A stretch of DNA of 57,198 nucleotides, from the sequence record NC_049942.1, one strand, 5' to 3'. Shown piece by piece: positions 17,746 through 28,152 of this stretch. Source of the stretch: Escherichia phage JLK-2012. Position 1 is the stretch's first letter. The number at the start of each line of letters is the position of its first letter. A program made the translations under genes and the position numbers. The notes beneath the pieces are model-generated. The model was not told the origin of the DNA, searched no databases, and saw only the letters and a list, made by a program, of their open reading frames with translations.

Positions 17746-18269
17746 CTATCAAATCAAATACGCCAGCACACGACAAGGACTGCTGGCAAACGCCGCTTTG
17801 GCTTTTTGATGCACTGGATATTGAGTTTGGATTCTGGCTGGATTCGGCAGCGAGCGACAAAAATGCTCTGTGTGCTCACTGGCTAACTGAGGCCGACGAC
17901 GCGCTCAATTCTGAGTGGGTAAGCCACGGTGCAATCTGGAATAACCCACCGTACAGCAATATCAGGCCGTGGGTGGAAAAAGCCGCTGAGCAGTGCATAC
18001 AACAGCGACAGACGGTAGTTATGCTTGTGCCAGAGGATATGTCAGTCGGATGGTTCAGCAAGGCTCTGGAGAGTGTCGACGAAGTTCGCATTATCACTGA
18101 TGGACGGATTAATTTTATCGAACCATCGACAGGGCTGGAGAAGAAGGGAAACAGCAAAGGCTCCATGCTGCTGATTTGGCGACCGTTCATCAGTCCTCGA
18201 CGAATGTTTACTACTGTATCCAAAGCGGCATTGATGGCGATCGGGCAGGGCGTCAGGATGGCGGCATGA
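17742..18269 (+). CDS. Phage N6-adenine DNA methyltransferase (Dam-like, orphan)
   Basis: 175 aa with NPPY catalytic motif ([11 protein letters not shown]); no adjacent restriction endonuclease. Confidence 0.8.
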
Positions 18270-18448
18270 GGCGACAGCGAAGAAGTATCACCGACATCAT
18301 CTGCGAAAACTGCAAATACCTTCCAACGAAACGCTCCAGAAATAAACGCAAGCCAATCCCAAAAGAATCTGACGTAAAAACCTTCAACTACACGGCTCAC
18401 CTGTGGGATATCCGGTGGCTAAGACATCGTGCGAGGAAAACAAGGTGA
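18266..18448 (+). CDS. ninE: NinE
   Basis: 60 aa [60 protein letters not shown] matches lambda NinE; ATGA overlap with methylase stop. Confidence 0.85.
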   Translation: MRRQRRSITDIICENCKYLPTKRSRNKRKPIPKESDVKTFNYTAHLWDIRWLRHRARKTR

Positions 18449-18538
18449 TTGACGCGATGATTTATTCGGGGCTATATTCCTCACGCGCCAGCAAAATCTG
18501 GCGTCGGGATTAGCACCCCGGATATCGAAACGGTGCAT

Positions 18539-18560
18539 AACCGCGCTGGCGGTTTTTTTA
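18539..18560 (+). terminator. Rho-independent terminator after ninE
   Basis: Hairpin AACCGC-GCTG-GCGGTT followed by TTTTTTT. Confidence 0.6.
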
Positions 18561-18723
18561 TGCGCTAAGCACAGTCACATTCGCGATTTATGGCGGGCTG
18601 TGTGGGGGAGCCGAAAGGCTCGCCGGATGTTTCGACCGGTAGTGCTAACCCCGCACAGTTCGCCACCACGATGATTAGCACCTGACGGTGGCGAGGTAAA
18701 AATTATCGAAACGCGAGGTCATT

Positions 18724-19263
18724 ATGGCTGTTCAAATTTCTGTCGAAAACCTTTCCCCTGTTACCTATAACCAGATCCCCGTAATTACTACTGAACTGTT
18801 GGCTCACCTTTACGGAACAAAAATCAAAAACATTTCTGATAACTTTCTGAACAACACGACGCGATTCATGCCCGGAAAGCATTACTTTAAAATTGAAAAA
18901 AACGAATTACGCGAGTTTAAGAACAGACCCGAAACAATCGGGTTAGTTGGTAAAAATGCCCGCTCCCTCATCCTCTGGACAGAACGCGGCGCAGCCCGTC
19001 ACGCAAAAATGCTCGAAACCGATCAGGCGTGGGATGTGTTCGAAAAACTGGAAGACTGCTATTTCAGCCAGTGCGAGAAAAATACTGGCAAACAAGAGAA
19101 GAAGCTCAACGGGCTTTCCGCAAAAGAAACAGACAGCCTTGTATGGCTGTGGGATTATGCCCACCGTCAGGTGGGTTTTTTATTTAGTAGTTCTCTCAAC
19201 TTTTCGTTCTGCTCTCTGAACTTTTCCTGTATTTCTTTTTGCATGGCGATAACCTGGGCTTGA
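18724..19263 (+). CDS. ORF6N-domain antirepressor-like protein, apparently chimeric/truncated at its 3' end
   Basis: N-terminal region [31 protein letters not shown]...; after the 74-bp repeat (19087-19160) the frame runs antisense through the mnt-like gene. Confidence 0.55.
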   Translation: MAVQISVENLSPVTYNQIPVITTELLAHLYGTKIKNISDNFLNNTTRFMPGKHYFKIEKNELREFKNRPETIGLVGKNARSLILWTERGAARHAKMLETDQAWDVFEKLEDCYFSQCEKNTGKQEKKLNGLSAKETDSLVWLWDYAHRQVGFLFSSSLNFSFCSLNFSCISFCMAITWA

Positions 19264-19487
19264 AGTTGAACTAGCGCATCAACATTTAGCGGAACCGAGA
19301 CGCTGTTAATTTTATCTGCTATTTCCCCGAGTGTATTTTCTGCATTCAAGGCATCTTCCAGTATCTGAACAATCTCTGAGTTCATAGAGCGCCCGTTTCG
19401 TTTGGCTCGTTCAGCTATAGCATCTCGCATTCCGTCAGGAAAACGGAGGTTGAACTTGTCGTAGTCTTTTACTTGTTTTTCGGCCAT
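19167..19487 (-). CDS. Mnt/Arc-family ribbon-helix-helix repressor (106 aa)
   Basis: [50 protein letters not shown]...; divergent from the arc-like gene. Confidence 0.6.
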   Translation of the reverse strand: MAEKQVKDYDKFNLRFPDGMRDAIAERAKRNGRSMNSEIVQILEDALNAENTLGEIADKINSVSVPLNVDALVQLQAQVIAMQKEIQEKFREQNEKLRELLNKKPT

Positions 19488-19594
19488 TGCAAATCTCTCA
19501 AAAAAAATCATGGTGCCATATTGCCATACGATTTCAATAGTGGCATTATGGCCTTCATGGCGTCACTTTGGCACCAAATAAAGGAGATTAGATA

Positions 19595-19768
19595 ATGCAA
19601 GATACACTTTTCACTGAGCGCAAAAATATCAAACTCAACCTTCGCCTTCCATCACGGCTGAATGAAGACCTTCGCCGCCTGGCGGAAATGGACTGTATAT
19701 CTCTGAACTCTGCAATTGTTCGTTTGCTGGCAAAAGGTGTTAGGGAAGAGGTGGCGAATGGTCGCTAA
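19595..19768 (+). CDS. Arc-like ribbon-helix-helix repressor (57 aa)
   Basis: MQDTLFTERKNIKLNLRLPSRLNEDLRRLAEMDCISLNSAIVRLLAKGVREEVANGR; AAGGAG Shine-Dalgarno; immediately precedes the ant-like gene. Not in the supplied track. Confidence 0.6.
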   Translation: MQDTLFTERKNIKLNLRLPSRLNEDLRRLAEMDCISLNSAIVRLLAKGVREEVANGR

Positions 19769-20762
19769 AAACAGCGAAGCCTCAATGGCTGCAACCATTG
19801 AGGCTTCTAAATTACCAGTTAACCACGAGAAAACTGATATGACTAGTTTAGCAATTGCAGATCGCACAATCAATGTTCCATTCCACGGAACAAATCTCTT
19901 TTTGGTTGGAATTAACAATGAGCCTTATGTTCCTATGAAGCCTGTTGTTGAAGGTATGGGGATGGTTTGGGCTGCTCAATTTGTTAAGTTAAAACAGAGG
20001 TTTGTCAAAGGTATTTCGGAAATCGAAATACCTTCTGCTGGCGGTAAACAGTTAATGACATGTCTTGCCTTTCGTAAATTTGCGGCTTGGCTTTCAAGCA
20101 TTCAACCAAACAAAGTCCGCCCTGAAATCCGCGACAAGGTAATCCAGTATCAGGAAGAGTGTGACGATGTGCTCTACGAGTACTGGACTAAAGGCCATGT
20201 GATTAACCCGCGCAAAGCTAAAAAGGCATTGCCGGGGAAAATCACCACTGAACAGCAGGAAGCCATTAAACAACTCGTCATGAGTCGCGGTCAGTCTCTG
20301 CCAAAAGAAAAACAGACGAAGGCGATGATCACCATGTGGTCGTCACTGAAATCTCATTTTGGGTGTTCATACAAAGAAATCAGCGAGGAGCAGTTTACCG
20401 AAGCTCTGTCACTTGCTGCTCGCGTTCCGCTTGAAGGAGAGTTAATCGGCAAACAAGAGAAGAAGCTCAACGGGCTTTCCGCAAAAGAAACAGACAGCCT
20501 TGTATGGCTGTGGGATTATGCTAACCGCTCACAGGCATTATTCCGCGAATTGTATCCAGCGCTAAAGCAAATTCAATCGAACTATTCCGGCAGATGTTAC
20601 GACTACGGTCATGAGTTCTCGTATGTTATTGGAATGGCGAGAGACGTTTTAATCAATCACACACGAGATGTTGATATTAATGAGCCAGACGGACCAACGA
20701 ATCTTTCCGCATGGGTAAGGCTTAAGAACAAAGAATTACCTCCTTCACTACATCGCTACTGA
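19758..20762 (+). CDS. ant: Antirepressor (Ant-like)
   Basis: Follows the arc-like gene as in P22 immI; N-terminal domain (INVPFHGTNLFLVGINNEPYVPMKPVVEGMGMVW) resembles antirepressor N-terminal domains; start chosen at ATG with GAGGTG Shine-Dalgarno. Confidence 0.6.
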   Translation: MVAKNSEASMAATIEASKLPVNHEKTDMTSLAIADRTINVPFHGTNLFLVGINNEPYVPMKPVVEGMGMVWAAQFVKLKQRFVKGISEIEIPSAGGKQLMTCLAFRKFAAWLSSIQPNKVRPEIRDKVIQYQEECDDVLYEYWTKGHVINPRKAKKALPGKITTEQQEAIKQLVMSRGQSLPKEKQTKAMITMWSSLKSHFGCSYKEISEEQFTEALSLAARVPLEGELIGKQEKKLNGLSAKETDSLVWLWDYANRSQALFRELYPALKQIQSNYSGRCYDYGHEFSYVIGMARDVLINHTRDVDINEPDGPTNLSAWVRLKNKELPPSLHRY

Positions 20763-20780
20763 CAATTGACAACTTAACAA

Positions 20781-20806
20781 ACCCAGCTTCGGCTGGGTTT
20801 TTTATT
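20781..20806 (+). terminator. Rho-independent terminator after ant
   Basis: Hairpin CCCAGC-TTCG-GCTGGG followed by TTTTTTATT. Confidence 0.7.
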
Positions 20807-20830
20807 GGTGAATTTTCAATATGAGAGGAC

Positions 20831-21559
20831 ATGACAATGAACGAGCTGATAAATAGCAACGTCATCAAAATGACCAGCATTGAAATCTCTGAGCTTACAG
20901 GTAAGCGTCATGACAATGTGAAACGTACTATCGAAATGCTGGCTAAAAATGGTGTTATCCGACATCCTCAAATTGAGGATTGTGGAAGAATCAATGGGTT
21001 AGGCTTAAATCAAAGTTTTCGTGTGTATGTATTCGAAGGCGAACAAGGTAAGCGAGACAGCATTATTGTCGTCGCTCAGTTGTCGCCGGAATTCACCGCT
21101 CGCCTTGTTGACCGCTGGCGAGAACTCGAAGGGGCAACCGCGAAAATACCACAAACCTTTTCTGAGGCATTGCGCCTTGCGGCCGACCTTGAAGACCAGA
21201 AGGCTGAACTGGAGAAACAGCTTGCTCTCGCAGCACCTAAAGTTGAGTTTGCCGATCGCGTTGGCGAGTCCAGCGGAATTTTGATTGGAAACTTTGCAAA
21301 GGTTGTTGGTATTGGTCCAAACAAACTGTTTGCGTGGATGCGCGATCACAAAATCCTTATTGCTTCAGGCTCCCGGCGCAATGTGCCAATGCAGGAATAT
21401 ATGGATCGTGGCTATTTCACAGTGAAAGAAACAGCGGTCAACACAAATCACGGAATACAGATATCGTTCACCACAAAAATCACCGGGTGTGGTCAACAGT
21501 GGCTGACAAGAAAGCTGCTAGATAACGGAATGCTTAAAGTAACAGGGGAGGCTGCTTAA
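20831..21559 (+). CDS. Rha-family regulator / antirepressor with AntA/KilAC-type C-terminal domain
   Basis: 242 aa; N-terminus ([32 protein letters not shown]) typical of phage Rha proteins. Confidence 0.65.
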   Translation: MTMNELINSNVIKMTSIEISELTGKRHDNVKRTIEMLAKNGVIRHPQIEDCGRINGLGLNQSFRVYVFEGEQGKRDSIIVVAQLSPEFTARLVDRWRELEGATAKIPQTFSEALRLAADLEDQKAELEKQLALAAPKVEFADRVGESSGILIGNFAKVVGIGPNKLFAWMRDHKILIASGSRRNVPMQEYMDRGYFTVKETAVNTNHGIQISFTTKITGCGQQWLTRKLLDNGMLKVTGEAA

Positions 21560-22164
21560 TGGCTAAACCAGCGCGAAGGAAATGCAAAATCTGTAAGGAA
21601 TGGTTTCACCCGGCATTCTCAAATCAGTGGTGGTGCAGCCCGGAACACGGAACTAAATTAGCGCTCGAACGACGAAATAAAGAACGCGAAAAGGCGGAAA
21701 AAACAGCAGAGAAGAAACGACGACGAGAGGAGCAGAAACAGAAAGATAAAATTAAGATTCGAAAACTCGCCTTAAAGCCCCGCAGTTACTGGATTAAACA
21801 AGCCCAACAAGCCGTAAACGCCTTCATCAGAGAAAGAGACCGCGACTTACCATGTATCTCGTGCGGAACGCTCACGTCTGCTCAGTGGGATGCCGGACAT
21901 TACCGGACAACTGCTGCGGCGCCTCAACTCCGATTTGATGAACGCAATATTCACAAGCAATGCGTGGTGTGCAACCAGCACAAAAGCGGAAATCTCGTTC
22001 CGTATCGCGTCGAACTGATTAACCGCATCGGGCAGGAAGCAGTAGACGAAATCGAATCAAACCATAACCGCCATCGCTGGACTGCCGAAGAGTGCAAGAC
22101 CATCAAGGCGGAGTATCAACAGAAACTTAAAAAACTGCGAAATAGCAGAAGTGAGGCTGCATGA
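21559..22164 (+). CDS. ninG: NinG (Rap) recombination-associated protein
   Basis: 201 aa with cysteine clusters and basic region, lambda ninG position and similarity. Confidence 0.85.
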   Translation: MAKPARRKCKICKEWFHPAFSNQWWCSPEHGTKLALERRNKEREKAEKTAEKKRRREEQKQKDKIKIRKLALKPRSYWIKQAQQAVNAFIRERDRDLPCISCGTLTSAQWDAGHYRTTAAAPQLRFDERNIHKQCVVCNQHKSGNLVPYRVELINRIGQEAVDEIESNHNRHRWTAEECKTIKAEYQQKLKKLRNSRSEAA

Positions 22165-22832
22165 ATATCTACGAAAGAATTGATGGCAGCAAATACCGAA
22201 ATATTTGGGTAGTTGGCGATCTGCACGGATGCTACACGAACCTGATGAACAAACTGGATACGATAGGATTCGACAACAAAAAAGACCTGCTCATCTCGGT
22301 TGGCGATTTGGTTGATCGCGGTACAGAGAACGTCGAATGTCTGGAATTAATCACATTCCCCTGGTTCAGAGCTGTACGTGGAAACCATGAGCAAATGATG
22401 ATTGATGGCTTATCAGAGCGTGGAAACGTTAATCACTGGCTGCTTAATGGCGGTGGCTGGTTCTTCAATCTCGATTACGACAAAGAGATTCTGGCTAAAG
22501 CTCTTGCCCATAAAGCAGAAGAACTTCCGTTAATCATCGAACTGGTGAGCAAAGATAAAAAATATGTCATTTGCCACGCCGATTATCCTTGTAACGAATA
22601 CGAATTTGGAAAGCCAGTTGATCCTCTGCAGGTAATCTGGAACCGCGAACGAATCGGCAACTCACAAGACGGGATCGTGAAAGAAATTAAAGGCGCGGAC
22701 ACGTTCATCTTTGGTCATACGCCAGCAGTGAAACCACTCAAATTTGCCAACCAGATGTATATCGATACCGGCGCAGTGTTCTGCGGAAACCTCGCATTGA
22801 TTCAGGTACAGGGAGAAGGCGCGTGGGCATAA
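22161..22832 (+). CDS. ninI: Ser/Thr protein phosphatase (NinI-like, PPP family)
   Basis: 223 aa with metallophosphatase motifs GDLHG, GDLVDRG, GNHE. Confidence 0.9.
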   Translation: MNIYERIDGSKYRNIWVVGDLHGCYTNLMNKLDTIGFDNKKDLLISVGDLVDRGTENVECLELITFPWFRAVRGNHEQMMIDGLSERGNVNHWLLNGGGWFFNLDYDKEILAKALAHKAEELPLIIELVSKDKKYVICHADYPCNEYEFGKPVDPLQVIWNRERIGNSQDGIVKEIKGADTFIFGHTPAVKPLKFANQMYIDTGAVFCGNLALIQVQGEGAWA

Positions 22833-23311
22833 GAGAACTAAACCTCACCAAAGAACAGCACGAGTGGCTGAATGGCTGGCTTGAACTGTGGGGCGCATGG
22901 GTTTATTCAGGTCGTCTGGAAAAGCGCATGAGCAGCGTAATAGCGAAGTTCATGGAGAGCGTAGAGCCGGGAAGAGTTATGACAAGGCCAATGTGTAATG
23001 ATGATGATGGAATGTTGATTTCTCAGGTCGTCGATTCCGTCATGTACATTGACAAGAAAGCCTTCGGCATCCTCCTCAGCTACTACGCTCATGGTTCTTC
23101 CAGGCACGCCATTGCATCTTACTATCATCGCGTCGCAAGACCTCGCAAGATGTTATGCCGGGGCGGCGGGCGCATTCAAAAACCATCGCTCGCAACCTGT
23201 CGACGGGAAGTTGACGAAATCCTTAATGCCTCGTTGTTTATGATTTACCCGGTTCTGGATAGTGCGTTTAAAAACCGGAAACGTGTAGAGAAAATTAAAC
23301 ATGTAGCATAG
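22823..23311 (+). CDS. Q: Late-gene antiterminator Q
   Basis: 162 aa, GTG start; last gene of the nin region before the tRNAs and lysis genes; motifs WGAW and CNDDDGM resemble phage Q-family antiterminators. Confidence 0.75.
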   Translation: MGIRELNLTKEQHEWLNGWLELWGAWVYSGRLEKRMSSVIAKFMESVEPGRVMTRPMCNDDDGMLISQVVDSVMYIDKKAFGILLSYYAHGSSRHAIASYYHRVARPRKMLCRGGGRIQKPSLATCRREVDEILNASLFMIYPVLDSAFKNRKRVEKIKHVA

Positions 23312-23366
23312 AACGTGTTGACATCATTGAGCAAATGAGCAACACTATTGGCATAAGCTGCCGTTA

Positions 23367-23400
23367 GTGACTCTTAAGTTGCAACGGTGGCTTTTTTATT
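23367..23400 (+). terminator. Candidate tR'-like terminator downstream of Q
   Basis: Stem CCGTT...AACGG followed by GGCTTTTTTATTTGGG; exact stem uncertain. Confidence 0.4.
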
Positions 23401-23401
23401 T

Positions 23402-23476
23402 GGGTCAGTCGTATAAAGGTCATTACGGAAGGCTGTTAACCTTCTTATCGTGGTTCGAGTCCACGCTGTCCCGCCA
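23402..23476 (+). tRNA. tRNA, anticodon loop CTGTTAA (anticodon GUU, Asn by my cloverleaf parse)
   Basis: Acceptor GGGTCAG/CTGTCCC (one U-U mismatch), anticodon stem GAAGG/CCTTC, T-arm CGTGG-TTCGAGT-CCACG, 3' G-CCA. Confidence 0.6.
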
Positions 23477-23481
23477 AACAT

Positions 23482-23557
23482 GCTGGTTTAGCTCCAATGG
23501 TAGAGCAACTGACTTGTAATCATCAGGTCGCCAGTTCGATTCCGGTAGCCGGCACCA
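23482..23557 (+). tRNA. tRNA-like gene with imperfect anticodon stem (loop CTTGTAA, anticodon UGU if functional)
   Basis: Canonical D-arm GCTC-CAATGGTA-GAGC and TTCGATT T-loop, acceptor GCTGGTT/AGCCGGC with G-U pairs, 3' A-CCA; anticodon stem pairs only 3 of 5. Confidence 0.45.
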
Positions 23558-23560
23558 TAT

Positions 23561-23635
23561 GCGGGTACCGTATAATGGCTATTACCTCAGCCTTCCAGGC
23601 TGATGATGCGGGTTCGATTCCCGCTACCCGCTCCA
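23561..23635 (+). tRNA. tRNA, anticodon loop CTTCCAG (anticodon UCC, Gly by my cloverleaf parse)
   Basis: Acceptor GCGGGTA/TACCCGC, anticodon stem TCAGC/GCTGA, T-arm GCGGG-TTCGATT-CCCGC, 3' T-CCA. Confidence 0.65.
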
Positions 23636-23647
23636 GATTTATTATCA

Positions 23648-23671
23648 GGCTCGCTTCGGCGGGCTTTTTTT
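23648..23671 (+). terminator. Rho-independent terminator after the tRNA cluster
   Basis: Hairpin GCTCGC-TTCG-GCGGGC followed by TTTTTTT. Confidence 0.7.
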
Positions 23672-23803
23672 GTATCTGCGCCACGCCCGGCGCATATCAA
23701 CCACAGAGCCTTTCGGGGGTGAGCTTACGGAGTGGTCAGTGTGACTTTCTCTGTGGGCAGATCGCTCCCGGGCGTTGGCTCACCCACCCAAAGGAACGTC
23801 ACG

Positions 23804-24235
23804 ATGTTTGGTATTTTTGGTAAAAAAGCCCGCCGAGCGGCAGTGGAAATTAAAAAGTTTGAGAAACGTGATCTGGCACAGGCGGTTATTAATGCTGCCT
23901 ATCTGGTGGCCTATGCAGATGGTGAATGTGAGGCTTCAGAGAAAGCGAAGATCGAGCAGGTCTTGCGTAACCAGCCTGCGTTGTCCGCGTTTACGTCAGA
24001 AATTAATGCGATTAGCGCAACCATTATCGGTCAGCTGGATACGAACTTTAAAACTGGTCGTCGAGCGGCGTTACGTGAGATCGAGGATGTGAAACACGAT
24101 ACGCGTGAAGCGGAAGACGTGCTGGATGTGGCGGTGGCCATTGCCGAAGCAGACGGCGAAATAGAGCCGGAAGAGCGCAAGGTGCTGGAAGAGATTGCCG
24201 GTGTTCTGGGCCTTCGTCTGGAGAATCATCTGTGA
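23804..24235 (+). CDS. TerB-like (tellurite-resistance TerB / DjlA-N fold) protein, 143 aa
   Basis: From internal ATG with AAGGAACG Shine-Dalgarno; helical repeats AAYLVAYADGECEASEKAKIEQVL and DVAVAIAEADGEIEPEERKVLEEIAGVLGL resemble TerB-family proteins (recalled). Confidence 0.5.
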   Translation: MFGIFGKKARRAAVEIKKFEKRDLAQAVINAAYLVAYADGECEASEKAKIEQVLRNQPALSAFTSEINAISATIIGQLDTNFKTGRRAALREIEDVKHDTREAEDVLDVAVAIAEADGEIEPEERKVLEEIAGVLGLRLENHL

Positions 24236-24243
24236 CGGTAAAA

Positions 24244-24396
24244 ATGCGTCTGGCTGTGGTTGCGCTCCTGCTGTTTCTGGTGGTGATGGTGGACTTCAGC
24301 AGTCGGATAATGTCAGTGCTGGCTGACGGTGTGCTGGTGGCGGGTGTGGTGGTTGTTGCTTTCCCGTTGCTGAAAAAGAAAGCATCAGGCGATTAG
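24244..24396 (+). CDS. Small hydrophobic membrane protein (50 aa)
   Basis: MRLAVVALLLFLVVMVDFSSRIMSVLADGVLVAGVVVVAFPLLKKKASGD; two predicted TM segments; follows the TerB-like gene. Not in the supplied track. Confidence 0.4.
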   Translation: MRLAVVALLLFLVVMVDFSSRIMSVLADGVLVAGVVVVAFPLLKKKASGD

Positions 24397-24771
24397 CAGG
24401 GTATCAGTTACCCGTTGAAATTTTTAAATACCTCACAATTCAGGCGGTTGACTGTTGTCTGGTTTGCGGGGAGTTTGTTAAAAGAAACTGGCATGGTGAA
24501 TCCCCCTATGCGGAGGGGCGATCAGCAACCAGGTATATGGGATAATCGCGGATTCAGGTGCTGATACTGAATTCACCGGGAGGCACCCGGCACCATGCTT
24601 TGCCACAAAAGTGTTGTTTCTGTTTTTCTCAAACTATCATCGTTATCCCTTTATTTCCGGCTGCGCATGGCGTGGCCTTTTTTTTACGACCAGCCACTGG
24701 CAGATGGCCATCCTGTAATTTGATTCCGGTTCCGGCTTTTTAACTCTGTTCCTGTACACGGGAGAAATTCG

Positions 24772-26625
24772 ATGTCGATTAAACATTATGATGTTGTCAG
24801 GGCGGCGTCGCCGTCAGACCTTGCGGAAAAGCTGACACATAAACTGAAAGAGGGCTGGCAGCCGTTTGGTAGTCCGGTGGCCATAACCCCTTATACCCTG
24901 ATGCAGGCGATTGCAGCAGAAGGTGATGTGGTGGTCAGTGGTGCAACTGAGCCGGAGTGGTACTACGTCATCGTATTGGCCGGGCAGTCCAATGCCATGG
25001 CTTACGGTGAAGGGCTTCCGCTGCCGGATTCATACGATGCTCCGGATCCGCGCATTAAACAGCTGGCGCGCCGCAGTACAGTGACGCCGGGCGGGGCTGC
25101 CTGCAGATATAACGATATTATTCCGGCCGACCACTGCCTGCATGATGTGCAGGATATGAGTACGCTGAATCATCCGAAGGCAGACCTGAGCAAAGGGCAG
25201 TATGGCTGTGTCGGCCAGGGCTTACATATTGCCAAAAAACTGCTTCCGTATATCCCGAATAACGCGGGGATCCTGCTGGTACCATGCTGTCGTGGTGGTT
25301 CGGCATTCACCCAGGGCGCGGAGGGGACATTCAGTGCGGACGCGGGGGCCAGCCAGGATTCGGCGCGCTGGGGTGTGGGTAAACCGTTATATCAGGACCT
25401 GATTGCGCGCACTAAAGCTGCATTACAGAAGAACCCGAAAAATGTGTTGCTGGCGGTGTGCTGGATGCAGGGAGAGTTTGACATGAGCGCCGCCACCTAC
25501 GCACAGCAACCTGCGCTGTTTACAGCCATGCTGAAGCAGTTTCGTGCTGACCTCACTGTGTTTAACGCGCAGTGTCATGGTGGCAGTGCTGTAAATGTGC
25601 CGTGGATTTGTGGTGACACGACGTATTACTGGAAAAACACCTACGGCACGCAGTACAACACCATTTACGGGGCGTACAAAAACAGGGAGAGTGAGGGCGT
25701 TTATTTTGTGCCCTTCATGACAGACGGTAACGGCGTCAATACCGCCACTAACGCACCGGCAGAAGATCCGGATATTCCGGCATCAGGATATTACGGCGCG
25801 GCATCGAGAACGAATGGAAACCAGGTATCATCAAACCGCCCGACACATTTCAGTTCATGGGCGCGCAGGAGCATTATTCCGGATCGTCTGGCAACTGCTA
25901 TTCTGAACGCAGCCGGGCGCACCTCAGCCTTCATCAGTGGTAAGGCGCCTGAAATCAAACCCTCGCCCGGCGGCAACACGCCATCGGGTCCGTCTGCAGA
26001 TACGTCCGTTCGCACAATCTCCCTGCTGCCGGCAGCCGGAGAGGCTGCTGCGCAGGGCTGGAGCATTAAGGATGGCGGAATTCAGTTGTCAGATGGTGTA
26101 TTTAAGATTGCCAAGCAGAGCAATAAAACCTGGTCCCTGACGCATCCGGTGGATGACGCAATTACCCTGCTGACACAGGGCGGCAGACTGACCTGTAAGT
26201 TCCGCCTGTCAGGCGCACTGACCAACAATCAGTTCGGGCTGGGGATTTATCTGTATACGGATGCTCCCGTTCCTGATGGTGTGGCGATGACGGGTACCGG
26301 TAATCCGTTCCTGATGTCGTACTTCACTCAGACCACTGACGGCAGAGTGAATCTGATGCATCACAGGAAAGCCGGAAACACGAAGCTGGGGGAGTTCGGC
26401 GATTACGGTAACGACTGGCAGACGCTGGAGCTGGTGTTCACCGCCGGCAGTGCCACGGTTACTCCGAAACTGAATGGAGTGGCTGGCCCGGCATTCCAGG
26501 TCATAAAAGACAGTCTGACACTGGGGCTGAATGCGCTGACGCTGACGGATGTTACAAAAAATGCAGCGTATGGCGTTGAGATAGAAAGTCTGGTGCTGGA
26601 GATAAATGCACCGGCATCATCATAA
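24772..26625 (+). CDS. nanS-p: NanS-p-like sialate O-acetylesterase (prophage YjhS homologue)
   Basis: 617 aa; N-terminal SASA/DUF303 esterase-like region ([11 protein letters not shown]); same position (between Q/tRNAs and holin) as nanS-p in Stx prophages as recalled. Confidence 0.75.
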   Translation: MSIKHYDVVRAASPSDLAEKLTHKLKEGWQPFGSPVAITPYTLMQAIAAEGDVVVSGATEPEWYYVIVLAGQSNAMAYGEGLPLPDSYDAPDPRIKQLARRSTVTPGGAACRYNDIIPADHCLHDVQDMSTLNHPKADLSKGQYGCVGQGLHIAKKLLPYIPNNAGILLVPCCRGGSAFTQGAEGTFSADAGASQDSARWGVGKPLYQDLIARTKAALQKNPKNVLLAVCWMQGEFDMSAATYAQQPALFTAMLKQFRADLTVFNAQCHGGSAVNVPWICGDTTYYWKNTYGTQYNTIYGAYKNRESEGVYFVPFMTDGNGVNTATNAPAEDPDIPASGYYGAASRTNGNQVSSNRPTHFSSWARRSIIPDRLATAILNAAGRTSAFISGKAPEIKPSPGGNTPSGPSADTSVRTISLLPAAGEAAAQGWSIKDGGIQLSDGVFKIAKQSNKTWSLTHPVDDAITLLTQGGRLTCKFRLSGALTNNQFGLGIYLYTDAPVPDGVAMTGTGNPFLMSYFTQTTDGRVNLMHHRKAGNTKLGEFGDYGNDWQTLELVFTAGSATVTPKLNGVAGPAFQVIKDSLTLGLNALTLTDVTKNAAYGVEIESLVLEINAPASS

Positions 26626-26774
26626 AAAGTGAGCCAGTCAAATGGAAGGTATCGTTAAACTCACCGGTAGTGTCAGTGGGTCGTCTGAGACGCCTGCATG
26701 AGTTATCAGAGCCATCAGTAGTTAACTGGTGGCTTTTTTATTGTTGTCAGCTTCCGGATAACGGGAGACGGGGT

Positions 26775-26990
26775 ATGTACCAGATGGAAAAAATCACAAC
26801 AGGTGTGTCATACACCACGTCAGCGGTGGGGACGGGATACTGGTTACTGCAGCTGCTGGACAAAGTCTCTCCGTCCCAGTGGGTGGCGATAGGTGTGCTG
26901 GGGAGTCTGCTGTTTGGCCTGCTGACGTATCTGACAAACCTTTATTTCAAGATTAAAGAAGATAAGCGTAAGGCTGCGAGAGGTGAATAA
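26775..26990 (+). CDS. S: Holin S (dual-start MYQM)
   Basis: 71 aa [71 protein letters not shown]; two TM helices; directly precedes endolysin. Confidence 0.85.
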   Translation: MYQMEKITTGVSYTTSAVGTGYWLLQLLDKVSPSQWVAIGVLGSLLFGLLTYLTNLYFKIKEDKRKAARGE

Positions 26991-27487
26991 TGTCGCCATC
27001 ATTACGCAAGGCTGTTGCTGCTGCTATTGGTGGTGGGGCTGTTGCCATAGCGTCTGTGCTCATCACTGGTCCGAGTGGTGACGATGGCCTGGAAGGTGTC
27101 AGCTACATACCATACGAAGATATCGTTGGCGTATGGACTGTATGTCACGGACACACCGGAAAAGACATCATTCCCGGTAAAACGTATACCGAAGCAGAAT
27201 GCAAAGCCCTCCTGAATAAAGACCTTTCCATGGTCGCCAGACAAATTAACCCGTACATCAAAGTCGATATACCGGAAACAACGCGCGGCGCTCTTTACTC
27301 GTTCGTTTACAACGTGGGCGCTGGTAATTTCAGAACATCGACGCTTCTTCGCAAAATAAACCAGGGTGATATCAAAGGCGCATGTGACCAGCTACGTCGC
27401 TGGACATACGCTGGCGGTAAGCAATGGAAAGGGCTGATGACCCGTCGTGATATTGAGCGTGAAGTCTGTTTGTGGGGGCAGCAATGA
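26990..27487 (+). CDS. R: Endolysin R (lysozyme with N-terminal signal-anchor-release domain)
   Basis: 165 aa; N-terminal Gly/Ala-rich SAR segment ([20 protein letters not shown]), lysozyme-like core. Confidence 0.85.
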   Translation: MSPSLRKAVAAAIGGGAVAIASVLITGPSGDDGLEGVSYIPYEDIVGVWTVCHGHTGKDIIPGKTYTEAECKALLNKDLSMVARQINPYIKVDIPETTRGALYSFVYNVGAGNFRTSTLLRKINQGDIKGACDQLRRWTYAGGKQWKGLMTRRDIEREVCLWGQQ

Positions 27488-27951
27488 GCAGGGTAACCGC
27501 GATTATCTCCGCTCTGGTTATTTGCATCATCCTCTGCCTGTCATGGGCTGTTAATCATTACCGTGATAACGCCATCGCCTACAAAGAGCAGCGCGACAAA
27601 AACGCCAGAGAGCTGAAGCAGGCGACCGCCACCATTACTGACATGCAGCAGCGCCAGCGTGCTGCTGATGCACTCGATGCTAAATACACGAAGGAGTTAG
27701 CCAATGCGAAAGCTGAAAATGATGCTCTTCGGCGTAAGCTTGATAATGGTGGTCGGGTGCTCGTCAAAGGAAAATGCCCTGTGCCAGCCTCAGCCAAAAC
27801 CTCCAGCTCCTCCGGCATGGGCAATGATGCCACCGTCGAACTCTCTTCAGTTGCTGGACGAAACGTTCTCGGTATCCGGGACGGAATTATCCGTGACCAA
27901 ACAGCACTGAGAACGCTTCAGGAGTACATCAGGACGCAATGCCTGAAATAA
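27484..27951 (+). CDS. Rz: Rz inner-membrane spanin
   Basis: N-terminal TM segment then coiled coil; ATGA overlap with R stop; contains Rz1 in the +1 frame. Confidence 0.85.
   Translation: MSRVTAIISALVICIILCLSWAVNHYRDNAIAYKEQRDKNARELKQATATITDMQQRQRAADALDAKYTKELANAKAENDALRRKLDNGGRVLVKGKCPVPASAKTSSSSGMGNDATVELSSVAGRNVLGIRDGIIRDQTALRTLQEYIRTQCLK
27704..27910 (+). CDS. Rz1: Rz1 outer-membrane lipoprotein spanin
   Basis: Embedded in Rz; lipobox MVVGC, proline-rich ([11 protein letters not shown]). Confidence 0.8.
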   Translation: MRKLKMMLFGVSLIMVVGCSSKENALCQPQPKPPAPPAWAMMPPSNSLQLLDETFSVSGTELSVTKQH

Positions 27952-28152
27952 TTTTTTTGCAAATCACAAAGTCAATTTAATGAGCCTCGCGATGCGGGGT
28001 TTTTTGCAATAAATGCGTACCGCAACGCATGTTTTTTACACCGAACCTGCCCCTTTGGAATGGGCCTTTGAGGATACCAGTTAGTGCTGGCGAGCCTCGG
28101 TGGGCTGGTTTCCTGTGCGGCAAAGGTTCATTTCAAAGAGTAGGTACACGCT

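Noticed and set aside
23497-23823. Track ORF of 108 aa overlapping the tRNA cluster
   Set aside because: It covers two tRNA genes and a terminator; the real coding start is the ATG at 23804 of the TerB-like gene.
23312-24771. Searched for stxA/stxB between Q/tRNAs and the nanS-p-like gene, where Stx phages carry them
   Set aside because: No ORF here resembles Shiga toxin A or B subunits; the slot holds a TerB-like gene and a small membrane ORF, so the prophage is stx-negative.
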